From the NCBI GenBank assembly GCA_039587355.1, contig JBDHIO010000004.1, positions 88,733 to 152,732 of the forward strand: a stretch of 64,000 bases of DNA, read 5' to 3'. This document shows positions 1 through 9,767 of the stretch, piece by piece; the stretch's first letter is position 1; the number at the start of each line of letters is the position of its first letter. The DNA comes from Gemmatimonadota bacterium (GTDB lineage: Bacteria > Gemmatimonadota > Gemmatimonadetes > Palauibacterales > Palauibacteraceae). The notes below the pieces were generated by a model. That model was not told where the DNA came from, ran no database searches, and saw only the letters and a list, made by a program, of their open reading frames with translations. Both the position numbers and the translations under genes were made by a program.

Positions 1-195
1 TAACGTCTTAACCCGCCCCGCCAACATCTCGGGGTGCCCGGTCAGGTCACCGACGCCGGCGACCTCGACCCCCGCTTCCGCCAGCCGGTTACGCGTGCCC
101 CCGGTCGAGACGATATCCCAACCCCGTTCCACCAGCCCCGCACAGAACTCCTCTACCCCCGTCTTGTCTGAAACGCTGACCAGCGCTGTCGGCAT
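1..195 (-). CDS. purH: Bifunctional AICAR transformylase/IMP cyclohydrolase PurH, N-terminal fragment (gene continues beyond the window start)
   Basis: Reverse complement of 1-195 translates to [65 protein letters not shown], the conserved PurH MGS-like N-terminus. ATG at 195..193 with GGAG about 10 nt upstream. Lies directly downstream of purN. Confidence 0.8.
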   Translation of the reverse strand, partial: MPTALVSVSDKTGVEEFCAGLVERGWDIVSTGGTRNRLAEAGVEVAGVGDLTGHPEMLAGRVKTL

Positions 196-255
196 TATCG
201 TCACACTCCAGGGAGCCTGCGGCCCCCGTATCGATTTGTTGTTTTGGGGAACCGC

Positions 256-891
256 TCAGCGGCTCCCGAACGAATCTTCATCGAGCGGATCCGGATCCCA
301 TCGGACACGCCCGTCCTCCCCGAGCACCACCTCGCCTCTCGCGATCGCGGCCACGACGTCGGGAAGAAGCACGTGCTCGACCCTGAGCACCCGAGCGGCC
401 ACGTCACCCGGCGCGTCGCCCTCGAGCACCGGAACGGGCCTCTGAGTGATGATCGGACCCCGATCATACGCTTCGTCAACGAAATGGACAGTGACGCCCG
501 TCACTCGCGCCCCGCTCTCGATCACGGCGCGGTGGACCCTCGCTCCGTACATCCCTTTCCCACCGAAGGCCGGGAGCAGCGCGGGGTGCACGTTCACGAT
601 CCTGCCCCACCATTCCCGGACGATCCCTCCCGGGATCAGACGCATGTACCCGGCAAGAACGATCAGCTCCGCCTGCAGCCCCGAGAGGACCCCTCTGAGC
701 CCGGCTTCCTCTTCCGTTGCTTCGGCGACGAACACGGGGATGTTCGCGCGTTCGGCCCGCTGCACCGCACCCGCATCCGGCCGGCTCGCGATCAGCCCGA
801 CGATATCCACTTCGGAATCGTCGCCGGCGAAGCGGTCGATCAGCGCCTGGAAGTTGCTGCCGCCGCCGGATGCGAACACCACGATCCTCAT
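256..891 (-). CDS. purN: Phosphoribosylglycinamide formyltransferase
   Basis: 211-aa ORF MRIVVFASGGGSNFQALI...NVHPALLPAFGGKGMYG, a typical PurN formyltransferase. Its ATG overlaps the selA stop (ATGA). Confidence 0.9.
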   Translation of the reverse strand: MRIVVFASGGGSNFQALIDRFAGDDSEVDIVGLIASRPDAGAVQRAERANIPVFVAEATEEEAGLRGVLSGLQAELIVLAGYMRLIPGGIVREWWGRIVNVHPALLPAFGGKGMYGARVHRAVIESGARVTGVTVHFVDEAYDRGPIITQRPVPVLEGDAPGDVAARVLRVEHVLLPDVVAAIARGEVVLGEDGRVRWDPDPLDEDSFGSR

Positions 892-2291
892 TCCACTCCT
901 CCCACTTGGGAGATGGCCTCGAACAGCCGCGACGCCGCCTCCTTTTCCTCCCCCTCCCCGACCGTGCGCACGTCGATGAGGAACCGTCCGTCATCGATGC
1001 GGCCGATCAGAGGAGGGACCCCGTCCCTGCATGCCACAGCCACGGCCTCCGGTGACGGTCCGTCCACCCCGACCGCCCAGCCCGCCGATTCGAGCTCGAA
1101 GCCGGGAAACGACCCTCCACCCACGACCGCCCGTGTGCGCACGGTGGTGACAAGCGGGCCTCGCGGGCCCGACGGAGCGCCAACGCACTCGAGCGTCGCA
1201 GCAGCGCGCGCGAATACGGAGTCGGCAGTCTCCCGCAACATCCGCAGGGTGGGCACGCGACGCGCGGCCAAGTCCGAGTCACGGTAGAGCATCAGCGTTG
1301 CCTCGAGGGCCGCGAGCGTCGTCTTGTCGACGCGGAAGGCCCGGAGGAGCGGATTCCTGCGGAGGCCCGCCACCAGGTCGGCCCTCCCGACAAGGATCCC
1401 GGCCTGCGGCCCGCCGAGCAGCTTGTCGCCGCTGAGAGTGACGAGATCCACGCCCGCCGCGAGCGACTCGGCCACGGCCGGCTCCGGCGGGAACCCGGGC
1501 AGCAGATCGCGAGTCAGGAGGCCGGACCCGACGTCGTGGACCAGTGGCACACCCCGTCCCGCCGCCAGCGCCGCCAGATCCTGCAGCGAGGGGCGGGACG
1601 AGAAGCCTTCGACCCGGTAGTTCGAGGGGTGGACCCGTAACAGAAGACCGGTGCGATCCGTCACGGCGACCCGGAAGTCGTCCGTCGTTGTCCGATTGGT
1701 CGTACCGACCTCGCGCAGGTGCGCGCCGCTCCGCGACACCACGTCCGGAATGCGAAACGACCCGCCGATCTCGACCAGTTCCCCCCTCGAGACGACCACC
1801 TCGCGGTCGAGAGCGAACTCGTTCACGCACAGGGAGACGGCGGCGGCGTTGTTGTTCACCACGAGGGCGGCCTCGGCCCCTGTGAGCTCGCACAGCACCC
1901 CCGCGCAGTGATCGTATCGCGAGCCGCGGCCGCCCTCAGCCAACGAGTACTCGACGTTGCCGTATCCGGCGGCCCGGGTCTGCGCGGCCACGGCCTCGTC
2001 GGCGAGCCGGGCGCGGCCAAGGTTCGTGTGCAGAACCACGCCGGTCCCGTTGATCACGCGCCCGAGCGAAGGTCGGGCGCGCCTCGACAGGCTCTCTTCG
2101 GCGCGCCGCAGGATCGCTTCGACCGGCACTCCGCCCGGTCCCGGAGCCCCGTCGCGAATCTCATCCAGCACCTCGCGGAGAGAGGCCTTGACCGTCTTGC
2201 GACCGAAACGCTCGACCCAGCCCGCCACCGCCCCTTCACTGAACAATGAGTCGATCGAAGGGAGGGCGCGCCGCGGGTCCACCGAGCTCAC
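888..2291 (-). CDS. selA: L-seryl-tRNA(Sec) selenium transferase (selenocysteine synthase)
   Basis: 467 aa, full-length similarity to the SelA family (PLP fold, ...VTLSGDKLLGGPQAGIL...). GTG start overlaps the upstream lipoprotein stop (GTGA). Confidence 0.88.
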   Translation of the reverse strand: MSSVDPRRALPSIDSLFSEGAVAGWVERFGRKTVKASLREVLDEIRDGAPGPGGVPVEAILRRAEESLSRRARPSLGRVINGTGVVLHTNLGRARLADEAVAAQTRAAGYGNVEYSLAEGGRGSRYDHCAGVLCELTGAEAALVVNNNAAAVSLCVNEFALDREVVVSRGELVEIGGSFRIPDVVSRSGAHLREVGTTNRTTTDDFRVAVTDRTGLLLRVHPSNYRVEGFSSRPSLQDLAALAAGRGVPLVHDVGSGLLTRDLLPGFPPEPAVAESLAAGVDLVTLSGDKLLGGPQAGILVGRADLVAGLRRNPLLRAFRVDKTTLAALEATLMLYRDSDLAARRVPTLRMLRETADSVFARAAATLECVGAPSGPRGPLVTTVRTRAVVGGGSFPGFELESAGWAVGVDGPSPEAVAVACRDGVPPLIGRIDDGRFLIDVRTVGEGEEKEAASRLFEAISQVGGVE

Positions 2292-3520
2292 TGGCCCCTC
2301 CCGAGGATTCGGGCGGTAACGGTATCGATCGCCGTGGTATCCCCGGCGGCCCGGATAGCGGCCGTGTCGTCGATTACCGCCGAATCCGGAGACGGCGGAA
2401 CCACCGCCTCCGGTACATCGGCGACGAAGGTGGTGTCTCCCCCGCCCTCCAGGAGTCTCATGTTCGTGAACCCCTCGGCCCCGATGAGGTATGTGCCGGA
2501 AGCCAGGGCTTCCAGCAACCGCACCGTGACGAAACGGGTCGGAAGCTCATCAGTGGCGATCTCGAGCGTCGTCGTCGAATCCTGAACCGCGGGCGGGCCG
2601 ACCGGCGTCTGCGCAGAATCCGCTGCGGCTTCGGGGTCCGCCGGGGCCGACCCCGGCGCATCCGGAAAGCTCACCGAGGCCGCATCGCCCATCCTCAGCC
2701 CGAACACGCCATATGAGACCGTGCCCGTCGTATCCGTCAGCGTTACGCCCGGGTCTCCTGGCTGAGGCCGCACGAGCGCATCGTCGAACTCGAGTTCCAC
2801 AGTGAAGCTGTCCCGAGCCTCCGCTCTCAGAAGCCGCGGCGGAGTGGAGTCCGGCTCGACCAGACGAAAGAGCAGGTCGGGACGGGCACCCGAGAAGCTC
2901 GTGACCGTCGCGCTGTCATATGGCTCCAGGGTGCGATCGAGCCGAAAGTTCCCGTTCTGATCGACATAGGCGAACGACGAGTACGTGCCGGACGGAAGCG
3001 ATCTCAGCTCGAACTGACCGTTCTCGTCCGTGAGCCCACCGTAGGGCACCGAGTCCGGAGCCTGGAGAAACACGACGGAGGCGGCGAGCTCGGGCAGGCC
3101 CGTCTCCGCATTCAACACCGTTCCTGTCACCTCCGAATCGATCATCTCGACCCCGGTCGAAAAGCAGAACTGCGTGCCGATCTCCGTCTGGTTGCTCAGT
3201 AGGTCGCGGATTCCGGCCGGAATCTCCATGCAATAGACAACGCTGTCCCTCCAGCCGTCGCGAGGTTGGAGGCGGAGGTCCGAGAAGCCCTTCTCGAGGC
3301 GGTAGGCCTCGAGTGGCGAAGCCACGAGCTGCCGCAGGAAGGACCCATCCTCGACGCGTACCGGCTCGTCGAAGCGAACCCGCAACGCCCCTGAGAAGCC
3401 GGGGACGATGGAATCCGGCGCGGGTTCGATCGACTCGATCTGCGGCGGCTGGTGGTCCGGGAGCGCTCCCGGCGGCGGCTGCTCGCTGGCACACGCAATT
3501 CCGAGCGCGGCGGCCAGCAT
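2288..3520 (-). CDS. Lipoprotein with Ig-like/carboxypeptidase-regulatory-like beta-sandwich repeats, function unknown
   Basis: The ORF in the track runs to 4210 but overlaps valS. Internal ATG at 3520 gives MLAAALGIACASEQPPP... (signal peptide plus Cys, lipobox-like). The mature part contains TGTVLNAETGLPELAASVVFL and SLPSGTYSSFAYVDQNGNFRL, typical CarbopepD_reg/Big-like motifs. Confidence 0.55.
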   Translation of the reverse strand: MLAAALGIACASEQPPPGALPDHQPPQIESIEPAPDSIVPGFSGALRVRFDEPVRVEDGSFLRQLVASPLEAYRLEKGFSDLRLQPRDGWRDSVVYCMEIPAGIRDLLSNQTEIGTQFCFSTGVEMIDSEVTGTVLNAETGLPELAASVVFLQAPDSVPYGGLTDENGQFELRSLPSGTYSSFAYVDQNGNFRLDRTLEPYDSATVTSFSGARPDLLFRLVEPDSTPPRLLRAEARDSFTVELEFDDALVRPQPGDPGVTLTDTTGTVSYGVFGLRMGDAASVSFPDAPGSAPADPEAAADSAQTPVGPPAVQDSTTTLEIATDELPTRFVTVRLLEALASGTYLIGAEGFTNMRLLEGGGDTTFVADVPEAVVPPSPDSAVIDDTAAIRAAGDTTAIDTVTARILGRGQ

Positions 3521-3579
3521 CCCGCGGATGCACTTTCCGGTTGCGAGCACTCTCGACCGATTCAGGTCGCGCCTCCGCG

Positions 3580-6282
3580 TCAGTCCGCCGGCCCCAGAGA
3601 TTGGAGCTTCTCTTCGAGCCGTCCGAGTTGGTCCTCGAGGGAAACGAGCTTCGCCTTCTCCCGCTCCACGACCTCCGGTGGCGCGTTCGCGACGAATCCT
3701 TCGTTCGCGAGCTTCGCGCGGGTCCCTCCCAACAACCCCGCGATGTGAGACGACTCGTCCGCGATCCGTGCACGCTCCCGGTCGAGGTCGATGACGTCCG
3801 CAAGCGGGATGAAGATGTCTCCACCATACCGGAGCACGGCGTGCGCACCCGGTTCGCCAGCCGCACCGGCGGGGCCCTCCGCCACATCCTCGATCGCCGA
3901 AAGGCTCGCGAGTCGCATGACGCTGGCTCGCTCTTCCTCGAGGGCGGCCCGCAACGCCGGACCGGCTCCGGCAACTCTCACGGTCAGGGGTGTCCGCGGG
4001 TCGAGGCGGTACTCCGAACGGAGGGCGCGGACCGTACCGACGAGTTCGCGCAGGGCTTCGATCGCATCCTCCGCCTCGGTGTCGACCCACGCGTCGGGCA
4101 CTTGTGGCCACGGCCCCAATACGAGCGTGCTGTCGTCCCCACGGCCCGGCATGCGCCGCGAGATCGCCTCCGTGACGAAGGGCATGATCGGGTGCAACAG
4201 CCCGAGCCATCCCTCCATTGTGTCGGCCAGGGCCGCGCCCGCGGCTTCGTACTCGGGACCGGACCCCTCGTCCAGGCGGCGCTTGGCCAGCTCGAGGTAC
4301 CAGTCGCAGAAGTCGCCCCAGATGAAGGCGTGACAGGACTCTGCGGCCTCGTGCAGTCGGAACGCCTCGAACGCCCCGTCGATCTCCACGGCGGCCCGGG
4401 ACAGGCGACTTCGGATCCAGCGATCCGCCAGCGTCGCGGAGGCGCCACCTCTCGTCGCATCGTCTGCGAGGTGTGGGAGCGCGAGCCGTGCTGCGTTCCA
4501 GATCTTGTTCGCGAAATTGCGCCCCGGCCGAAACGCCTCCTCGAGATCCTCGTTGTTGAGCTGTTGGTCCGTACCGAGCGGGGCGCCTCGAATGAGGGTG
4601 AAGCGCATCGCGTCAGCTCCATACATATCAACGACTTCTATCGGATCGATCCCGTTATTGAGGGACTTCGACATACGACGCCCCTGATGGTCACGGACGG
4701 TGCCGTTGAGCAGCACGTCCGTAAACGGGAGCTCTCCCTTGAACTCGAGCCCAGCCATGACCATGCGGGCGACCCAGAAGAAGAGGATGTCCGGTGCCGT
4801 CACCAGCGTATCCGTCGGATAGAAGGCCGCGAGGTCCTCGGTGTCTTCCGGCCACCCGAGCGTGCTGAACGGCCACAGCCACGACGAGAACCAGGTATCC
4901 AGGACGTCCGGGTCCTGCTCGAGCTCGCCGTCGCACGCGGGGCACCGATCCGGGTCCTCCCGGGCCACGACGACCTCCCCACACCCCTCGTGCCGGCAAT
5001 ACCACACGGGGATGCGGTGTCCCCACCAGAGCTGCCGGCTGATCACCCAATCGCGGATGTTCTCCATCCAGTTCTGGTAAACCTTGCCGTAACGGTCCGG
5101 ATAGAACCGCAGGTCGCCTTTCCGGTAGGCCTCGAGCGCGGGTTCCGCCAGCGGGGCCATTTTCACGAACCACTGATCGCTGAGCCGAGGCTCGACGATC
5201 GTGTCACAGCGATAACAACGACCCACGGAGTGCGGGTGCTCCTCCACTCCGACGAGATACCCCCCGGTCTGGAGGTCCTCCACAACGCGCTTGCGCGCCT
5301 CGACACGGTCGAGCCCGCGATACGGCTCGGGGACCGCGTCGTTCATCGTCGCTTCGTCGGTCATGACATCGAGCGCCTCGAGGTCGTGTCGCTGGCCGAT
5401 CTCGAAGTCGTTGGGATCATGGGCCGGCGTGACCTTGACCACCCCGGAGCCGAATTCCGGGTCCACGTAGGAGTCCGCCACGATGGGGATGACTCGGCCG
5501 ACGAGCGGGAGAATCGCGGTGCGCCCGATCAGATCCGCGTAGCGCTCATCCTCGGGATGGACGGCGAGGCCCGTATCCCCAAGCATCGTCTCGGGACGGG
5601 TGGTCGCGACTTCGACCGAGAGGCCATCCTCGCCCTCCAGGTCGTAGCGAATCCGGTGCAGCTTGCCTGTATGGTCCCGGTGCTCGGCCTCTTCATTCGA
5701 GAGTGCCGTCCCGCACCTCGGGCACCAGTTGATGATGTAGCGTCCCCGGTAGATGAGGCCACGCTCGTGAAGTCGGACGAACACCTCGCGAACCGCACGG
5801 CTGAGACCCTCATCCAGCGTGAACCGCGTGCGCTCCCAGTCGCAGGAGCATCCGATGGTGCGGAGCTGCTCGATGATCCGATTTCCGTAGACGTCGACCC
5901 ACTCCCACACACGATCGACGAACGCCTCCCGCCCCAGATCGAACCGGGTCTTCCCATCCTTTCGGATCTCCCGTTCGACCACGTTCTGAGTGGCGATCCC
6001 GGCGTGGTCCGTCCCCGGCAGATAGAGCGCATCGTACCCCTGCATGCGTCGGCGCCTGGTCAGGACGTCCTGAATCGTGTTGTTCAGGCCGTGGCCCATG
6101 TGCAGGGCCGCCGTGACGTTGGGCGGCGGAATGACGATGACGTATGGGTTGTCGGCGTCGGCCGCTTCGACGTGAAACAGGCCCGCATCGACCCACTCGC
6201 GATACAGGTCGCCCTCTAGTCCGGACGGGTCGTAACGCGGGGGCAATTCGGTCCGGTTCTGGTCGGTGGAAGCGTCACCCAT
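3580..6282 (-). CDS. valS: Valyl-tRNA synthetase
   Basis: 900 aa with class I HMGH/KMSKS motifs (PPPNVTAALHMGHGLN, GRRMSKSLNNGIDP) and a C-terminal coiled coil. GAAGGAG upstream of the ATG. Confidence 0.95.
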   Translation of the reverse strand: MGDASTDQNRTELPPRYDPSGLEGDLYREWVDAGLFHVEAADADNPYVIVIPPPNVTAALHMGHGLNNTIQDVLTRRRRMQGYDALYLPGTDHAGIATQNVVEREIRKDGKTRFDLGREAFVDRVWEWVDVYGNRIIEQLRTIGCSCDWERTRFTLDEGLSRAVREVFVRLHERGLIYRGRYIINWCPRCGTALSNEEAEHRDHTGKLHRIRYDLEGEDGLSVEVATTRPETMLGDTGLAVHPEDERYADLIGRTAILPLVGRVIPIVADSYVDPEFGSGVVKVTPAHDPNDFEIGQRHDLEALDVMTDEATMNDAVPEPYRGLDRVEARKRVVEDLQTGGYLVGVEEHPHSVGRCYRCDTIVEPRLSDQWFVKMAPLAEPALEAYRKGDLRFYPDRYGKVYQNWMENIRDWVISRQLWWGHRIPVWYCRHEGCGEVVVAREDPDRCPACDGELEQDPDVLDTWFSSWLWPFSTLGWPEDTEDLAAFYPTDTLVTAPDILFFWVARMVMAGLEFKGELPFTDVLLNGTVRDHQGRRMSKSLNNGIDPIEVVDMYGADAMRFTLIRGAPLGTDQQLNNEDLEEAFRPGRNFANKIWNAARLALPHLADDATRGGASATLADRWIRSRLSRAAVEIDGAFEAFRLHEAAESCHAFIWGDFCDWYLELAKRRLDEGSGPEYEAAGAALADTMEGWLGLLHPIMPFVTEAISRRMPGRGDDSTLVLGPWPQVPDAWVDTEAEDAIEALRELVGTVRALRSEYRLDPRTPLTVRVAGAGPALRAALEEERASVMRLASLSAIEDVAEGPAGAAGEPGAHAVLRYGGDIFIPLADVIDLDRERARIADESSHIAGLLGGTRAKLANEGFVANAPPEVVEREKAKLVSLEDQLGRLEEKLQSLGPAD

Positions 6283-6422
6283 CGGGTGATGTACTCCTTC
6301 GTCTGGGGCGAAACGGAGGTCTAGCAGGAAGCGCCGAGGTCCGTTGTGGCCCCGGCGCGCGGTCAGTTTAATCGTCGGCTCCCGGCGGCGAAACGCGAAG
6401 CACCTGCCCCTTCATCTCCGGA

Positions 6423-7325
6423 CTAGGGAGGGCCACGAGCGTCGGGCCCCCGGAGAGGCGGCCGGCGGACCTGGAGCGTGTCGCCCGACCGGCGGCGAAC
6501 CTCCTCCTCGGACCGCTCCCGCATGGCCTCCCGCCGTTCGTCCGCGATCTCCTCCAGGTCGGCCCGCAGGTTCTGCCGCTGGATCTCCGTGAGATCCCGT
6601 ATGGCCTGTTCGAACTCCCGTCGGCGAGGTCCGGACGGAGCGAAACCGAACGGGATCGGAATCGTGATGTCCCCGAGGTGCAGTCCCTCGGGCGATATCC
6701 CCCAGCGCTCTCCGTCCTTCTCGACGGTCCAGTCCATCGCACGGCGCCGCGCCTCGTCGTCCAGACGGAGGCTGTCCAGCCAGTCGCGCAGGATTGCACG
6801 CACGGCGCTGTCCGCGCGTGCGAACCGGGCCAGCCGTTCTCCGTACAGGAAGGGATCGTGCGGATCGAACCAGATCCTGGCGTCGACGAAACGCGGGATC
6901 AGGCGCTGTGCGTTCGTCATTCCAGCGAGGTCCGACGCCCGGGGCCTCGCGGAAGGGTCGTCAACGGACGGGTCTCCGGGTGCCCCGGTGACGTCGGCCT
7001 GTTCCAGATCGACGACCTCCAGCGGCGGCTGCCGTTCGGGTTGTTCTCGCTGTTCCGGAGGCGGCTCCACCGGTTCCGGGCGAGGGTCTTCCGGCGCGGG
7101 CGCGAGTGCGGTCGGGGCGACATCGACGACGACGAGGCCTTCCGGCGCCGGCACAGTCACGACGGGCGGAAGGGTGTAGTCGATCGCCCGAATGGCGACC
7201 GCCCTGGACCACCAGATGACGAGAACGTGAATCAGTACAGACGCCACGAGTGCGAGGCGCACTGCCCGACGGTATCGTCGCTCCCGAGCATCCCTCTCGG
7301 ACGGCAGTCCCTCGAGGCCGTTCAC
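6423..7325 (-). CDS. Hypothetical bitopic membrane protein (N-in single TM, Pro-rich periplasmic linker, about 170-aa C-terminal domain); TonB/anti-sigma-like architecture, family not recognised
   Basis: 300 aa. Arg-rich N-terminus, TM LALVASVLIHVLVIWW, then PAPEDPRPEPVEPPPEQREQPERQPP linker. Begins 3 nt after the aminotransferase stop, so it is the last gene of the operon. Confidence 0.45.
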   Translation of the reverse strand: MNGLEGLPSERDARERRYRRAVRLALVASVLIHVLVIWWSRAVAIRAIDYTLPPVVTVPAPEGLVVVDVAPTALAPAPEDPRPEPVEPPPEQREQPERQPPLEVVDLEQADVTGAPGDPSVDDPSARPRASDLAGMTNAQRLIPRFVDARIWFDPHDPFLYGERLARFARADSAVRAILRDWLDSLRLDDEARRRAMDWTVEKDGERWGISPEGLHLGDITIPIPFGFAPSGPRRREFEQAIRDLTEIQRQNLRADLEEIADERREAMRERSEEEVRRRSGDTLQVRRPPLRGPDARGPP

Positions 7326-7328
7326 GGT

Positions 7329-8495
7329 CTAGAGAACCCGTGAGATTCGCGCAGCGACCTCGTCGTATCCGTCACGCGGGAGAGTGAGCGACGCCCGGAT
7401 CCACCCTTCCCCGGCTGCGCCAAGCCCGGAACCCGGAAGCACGACGAGCGCCTGTTCTTCGAGAAGACGCAGTACGAACTCCCGGGAGGAGCCGCCGCCG
7501 GGGACGCGAAACCAGAGGTACAGCGTCGCGCGGGGAGCGTTGACCTCGATCCCGATTCTCGTGAGGGCGGAGACGGCCGCGTCCCGGCGGGCACCGAGGC
7601 GTTCGACCTGCCCCTCGAGAAACCCCTCCGCAGCATCGAGAACCGCAGCGCCTGCGAACTGGATGCCGAGGTAAGGCCCGGTGTCGAAGAACCCCTTTAC
7701 TCTCGCGAGCCGCGCGATCATCTCCGCGCTGCCGCACGCCCAGCCCAGCCTCCACCCGGTCATGTTGAACGACTTGGACATCGAGTGGAACTCGAGCCCG
7801 CCATCCCGCCAGCCGTCCACTTCCACGAGGCTGGGCGGCCGGTAGCCGTCGAAGGCAATCTCGGCGTATGCGTTGTCGAACGCCAGCACCGCGTTCCGCT
7901 CGCGCGTCGCCTCCATCACGGTCGAGACGTAGTCCAGCTCCGCCGTGGCTCCGGTCGGGTTGTTCGGATAGTTCACGTAAGTCAGTCCGAGGGTGCCCGG
8001 CGCCGAGCGAATGCTCTCCGGCGGCAGCAGGAAGCCGTCCTCCGCGCGCAGCGGCACGGTCTCGAGTCGTGCCCCGGCGAAATGGGGGCCGCCGAAATAC
8101 GGCGCGTAACCCGGATCCGGGACGACGACGGTGTCCCCGGGGTCGAGCGCAGCGAAGGCGAAGTGGGCGAGCCCTTCCTTGGAGCCGATCAGGGGCAGCA
8201 CCTCCCGTTCCGGGTCGAGCGCCACACCGTATCGCCGCTCCATGAAGTCGACGACCGCTCTGCGAAAGTCCGGGAGCCCGCGCTGAAACGGGTACTTGTG
8301 GAGCTCGGTGCGCCCGGCGGCTTCGCGAAGAGCATCGACCGCCATCTCGGGAACGGGGAGCCCCGGATCCCCCGCCCCCAGGTCGAGCACGTCTCGTCCC
8401 TCGGCGATCAGACGCGCCTTCGCCTCCGGTATCCCCGCCAGCGGGTACGGCGGCAGGCTGTCGAGCCGGGCGGGCAGCCGAATCCCGTCGCTCAC
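7329..8495 (-). CDS. PLP-dependent class I aminotransferase (AspC/DapL-like)
   Basis: 388 aa with VNYPNNPTGA and the PLP-lysine motif SMSKSFNMTGWRLGW. GTG start overlaps the upstream stop (GTGA). Confidence 0.85.
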   Translation of the reverse strand: MSDGIRLPARLDSLPPYPLAGIPEAKARLIAEGRDVLDLGAGDPGLPVPEMAVDALREAAGRTELHKYPFQRGLPDFRRAVVDFMERRYGVALDPEREVLPLIGSKEGLAHFAFAALDPGDTVVVPDPGYAPYFGGPHFAGARLETVPLRAEDGFLLPPESIRSAPGTLGLTYVNYPNNPTGATAELDYVSTVMEATRERNAVLAFDNAYAEIAFDGYRPPSLVEVDGWRDGGLEFHSMSKSFNMTGWRLGWACGSAEMIARLARVKGFFDTGPYLGIQFAGAAVLDAAEGFLEGQVERLGARRDAAVSALTRIGIEVNAPRATLYLWFRVPGGGSSREFVLRLLEEQALVVLPGSGLGAAGEGWIRASLTLPRDGYDEVAARISRVL

Positions 8496-9766
8496 GTCTT
8501 GAGCTTCTTCTTCTTCGCCGCGGGAAAGAGGACGTTGTTCAGGATCAACCTGTACCCCGCGGAATGTCGATGCAGATCGAGATCCGTCGCCGCATCCCCG
8601 ATCAGATGTCGGGGGTCCTCGGGATCATGACCCCCGAGATAGGTGAACGTCCCCTCGCCAAACGAGCCATGCAGATACTTCACCCGACCGCGCCCCTCCT
8701 CCTCGCCCAGCACCGTGACGCCCGACTTCAGGCGATCGCGCCGGAACGTCGTGGTGAGCCCGTAGAAGTCCGGGAGAACCCGCTGGTGGTTCTGAGTGAG
8801 CATCGCCGGCACGGGGTCGAACTTGGCTGAGAAATCGAAAAGCGAATAACTGCCCAACTCGACCCGCCACGGCGTATTCACCTGATGACCATCGATGTCG
8901 CTGAAGGCCGACAGCGTCGGATCCGTAACGAGGACGGCATCGTGAAAGGCGAGAGTCCGGTCCCAGTCGAGGGTGCGACCGGCCTGCGCGTCGGCCGGGG
9001 ACCCGTCCGCGAACGAGGCCGCGATGTCCGTGGCCTCGGCGGCAAGGGCCAGTTCGAGGGTCTCGGTTGCCGTACACATCGCGAAGAGGAAGCCGCCTCC
9101 CTCCACGTAGTCGCGAAGACGCCGTGCAACCTCCTTCTTCAAATCGGGAACCGATCCGAACCCCAACTCGCGGGCCATCGTCTCGTTTCGCGCCACCTCC
9201 TCCTGGAGCCAGGGAGAGGACGCGTACGTGAGGTAGAATTTCGAGTACTGCCCGGTGAAGTCCTCGTGATGGAGATGCAACCAGTCGAAGTTCTCCAGCG
9301 CGTCGGATGCGACATCCCGATCCCAGACCTTCTCGTAGGGGATCTCGGCGTATTCGAGCGCCATCGTCACCGCGTCGTCCCACGGGGAACTGTTCGGCGG
9401 CGTGTAGATCGCGATGCGCGGAGCCTTCTCGAGCGGAACCGACTCCATGTTGTTCCCCTCGATCTCGCGTCGGATGCGCGCCAACCCGACGCCCTCGACC
9501 GGCTCGACGGAGACGCCCATGAACGCCGCCCGTCGCCGGGTTTCCGGCGTGTCGGGGATCAGAAACGAGCCGGCCCGGTAGTTCAGGAGCCACTCCGCGG
9601 TCTGTCCCGCGGTGAGGACGCTGAACGCGAGACCGTAGGCCTTGAGGTGATTCGCCTGCTCGCGGTCCATCGGGACCAGCAACTGCTGCGCGATCACGGG
9701 AGACGTCGTCACCAGCAGACCCACGATCAGACCCGGCAACGAGCGGCCGGCACGGACACGCGTCAC
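8492..9766 (-). CDS. Secreted protein of unknown function (signal peptide; possible GATase1/ThuA-like or DUF4159-like fold). Bat/DUF4175-cluster associated.
   Basis: 424 aa. Signal peptide MTRVRAGRSLPGLIVGLLVTTSPVIAQQ, conserved-looking core GGGFLFAMCTATETLE, Lys-rich C-tail AAKKKKLKT. Sits in an operon between the TPR gene and the aminotransferase. Confidence 0.55.
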   Translation of the reverse strand: MTRVRAGRSLPGLIVGLLVTTSPVIAQQLLVPMDREQANHLKAYGLAFSVLTAGQTAEWLLNYRAGSFLIPDTPETRRRAAFMGVSVEPVEGVGLARIRREIEGNNMESVPLEKAPRIAIYTPPNSSPWDDAVTMALEYAEIPYEKVWDRDVASDALENFDWLHLHHEDFTGQYSKFYLTYASSPWLQEEVARNETMARELGFGSVPDLKKEVARRLRDYVEGGGFLFAMCTATETLELALAAEATDIAASFADGSPADAQAGRTLDWDRTLAFHDAVLVTDPTLSAFSDIDGHQVNTPWRVELGSYSLFDFSAKFDPVPAMLTQNHQRVLPDFYGLTTTFRRDRLKSGVTVLGEEEGRGRVKYLHGSFGEGTFTYLGGHDPEDPRHLIGDAATDLDLHRHSAGYRLILNNVLFPAAKKKKLKT

Positions 9767-9767
9767 A

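Noticed and set aside
3313-6219. 968-aa plus-strand ORF antisense to valS. Similar giant antisense ORFs occur at 9870-12068, 10912-13362, 35388-37664, 37655-39838, 41522-44788, 48025-51210 and 57798-59537.
   Set aside because: They are Arg/Pro/Gly/Leu-rich translations of the antisense strand of well-supported housekeeping genes. High-GC genomes routinely carry long stop-free antisense frames, and there are no domain signatures.
6283-6422. Possible T-box/riboswitch leader upstream of valS
   Set aside because: The spacer is only about 140 nt. It has no T-box specifier/antiterminator features and contains just a GCGCGC-centred GC stem. It is probably just a promoter and SD (GAAGGAG).
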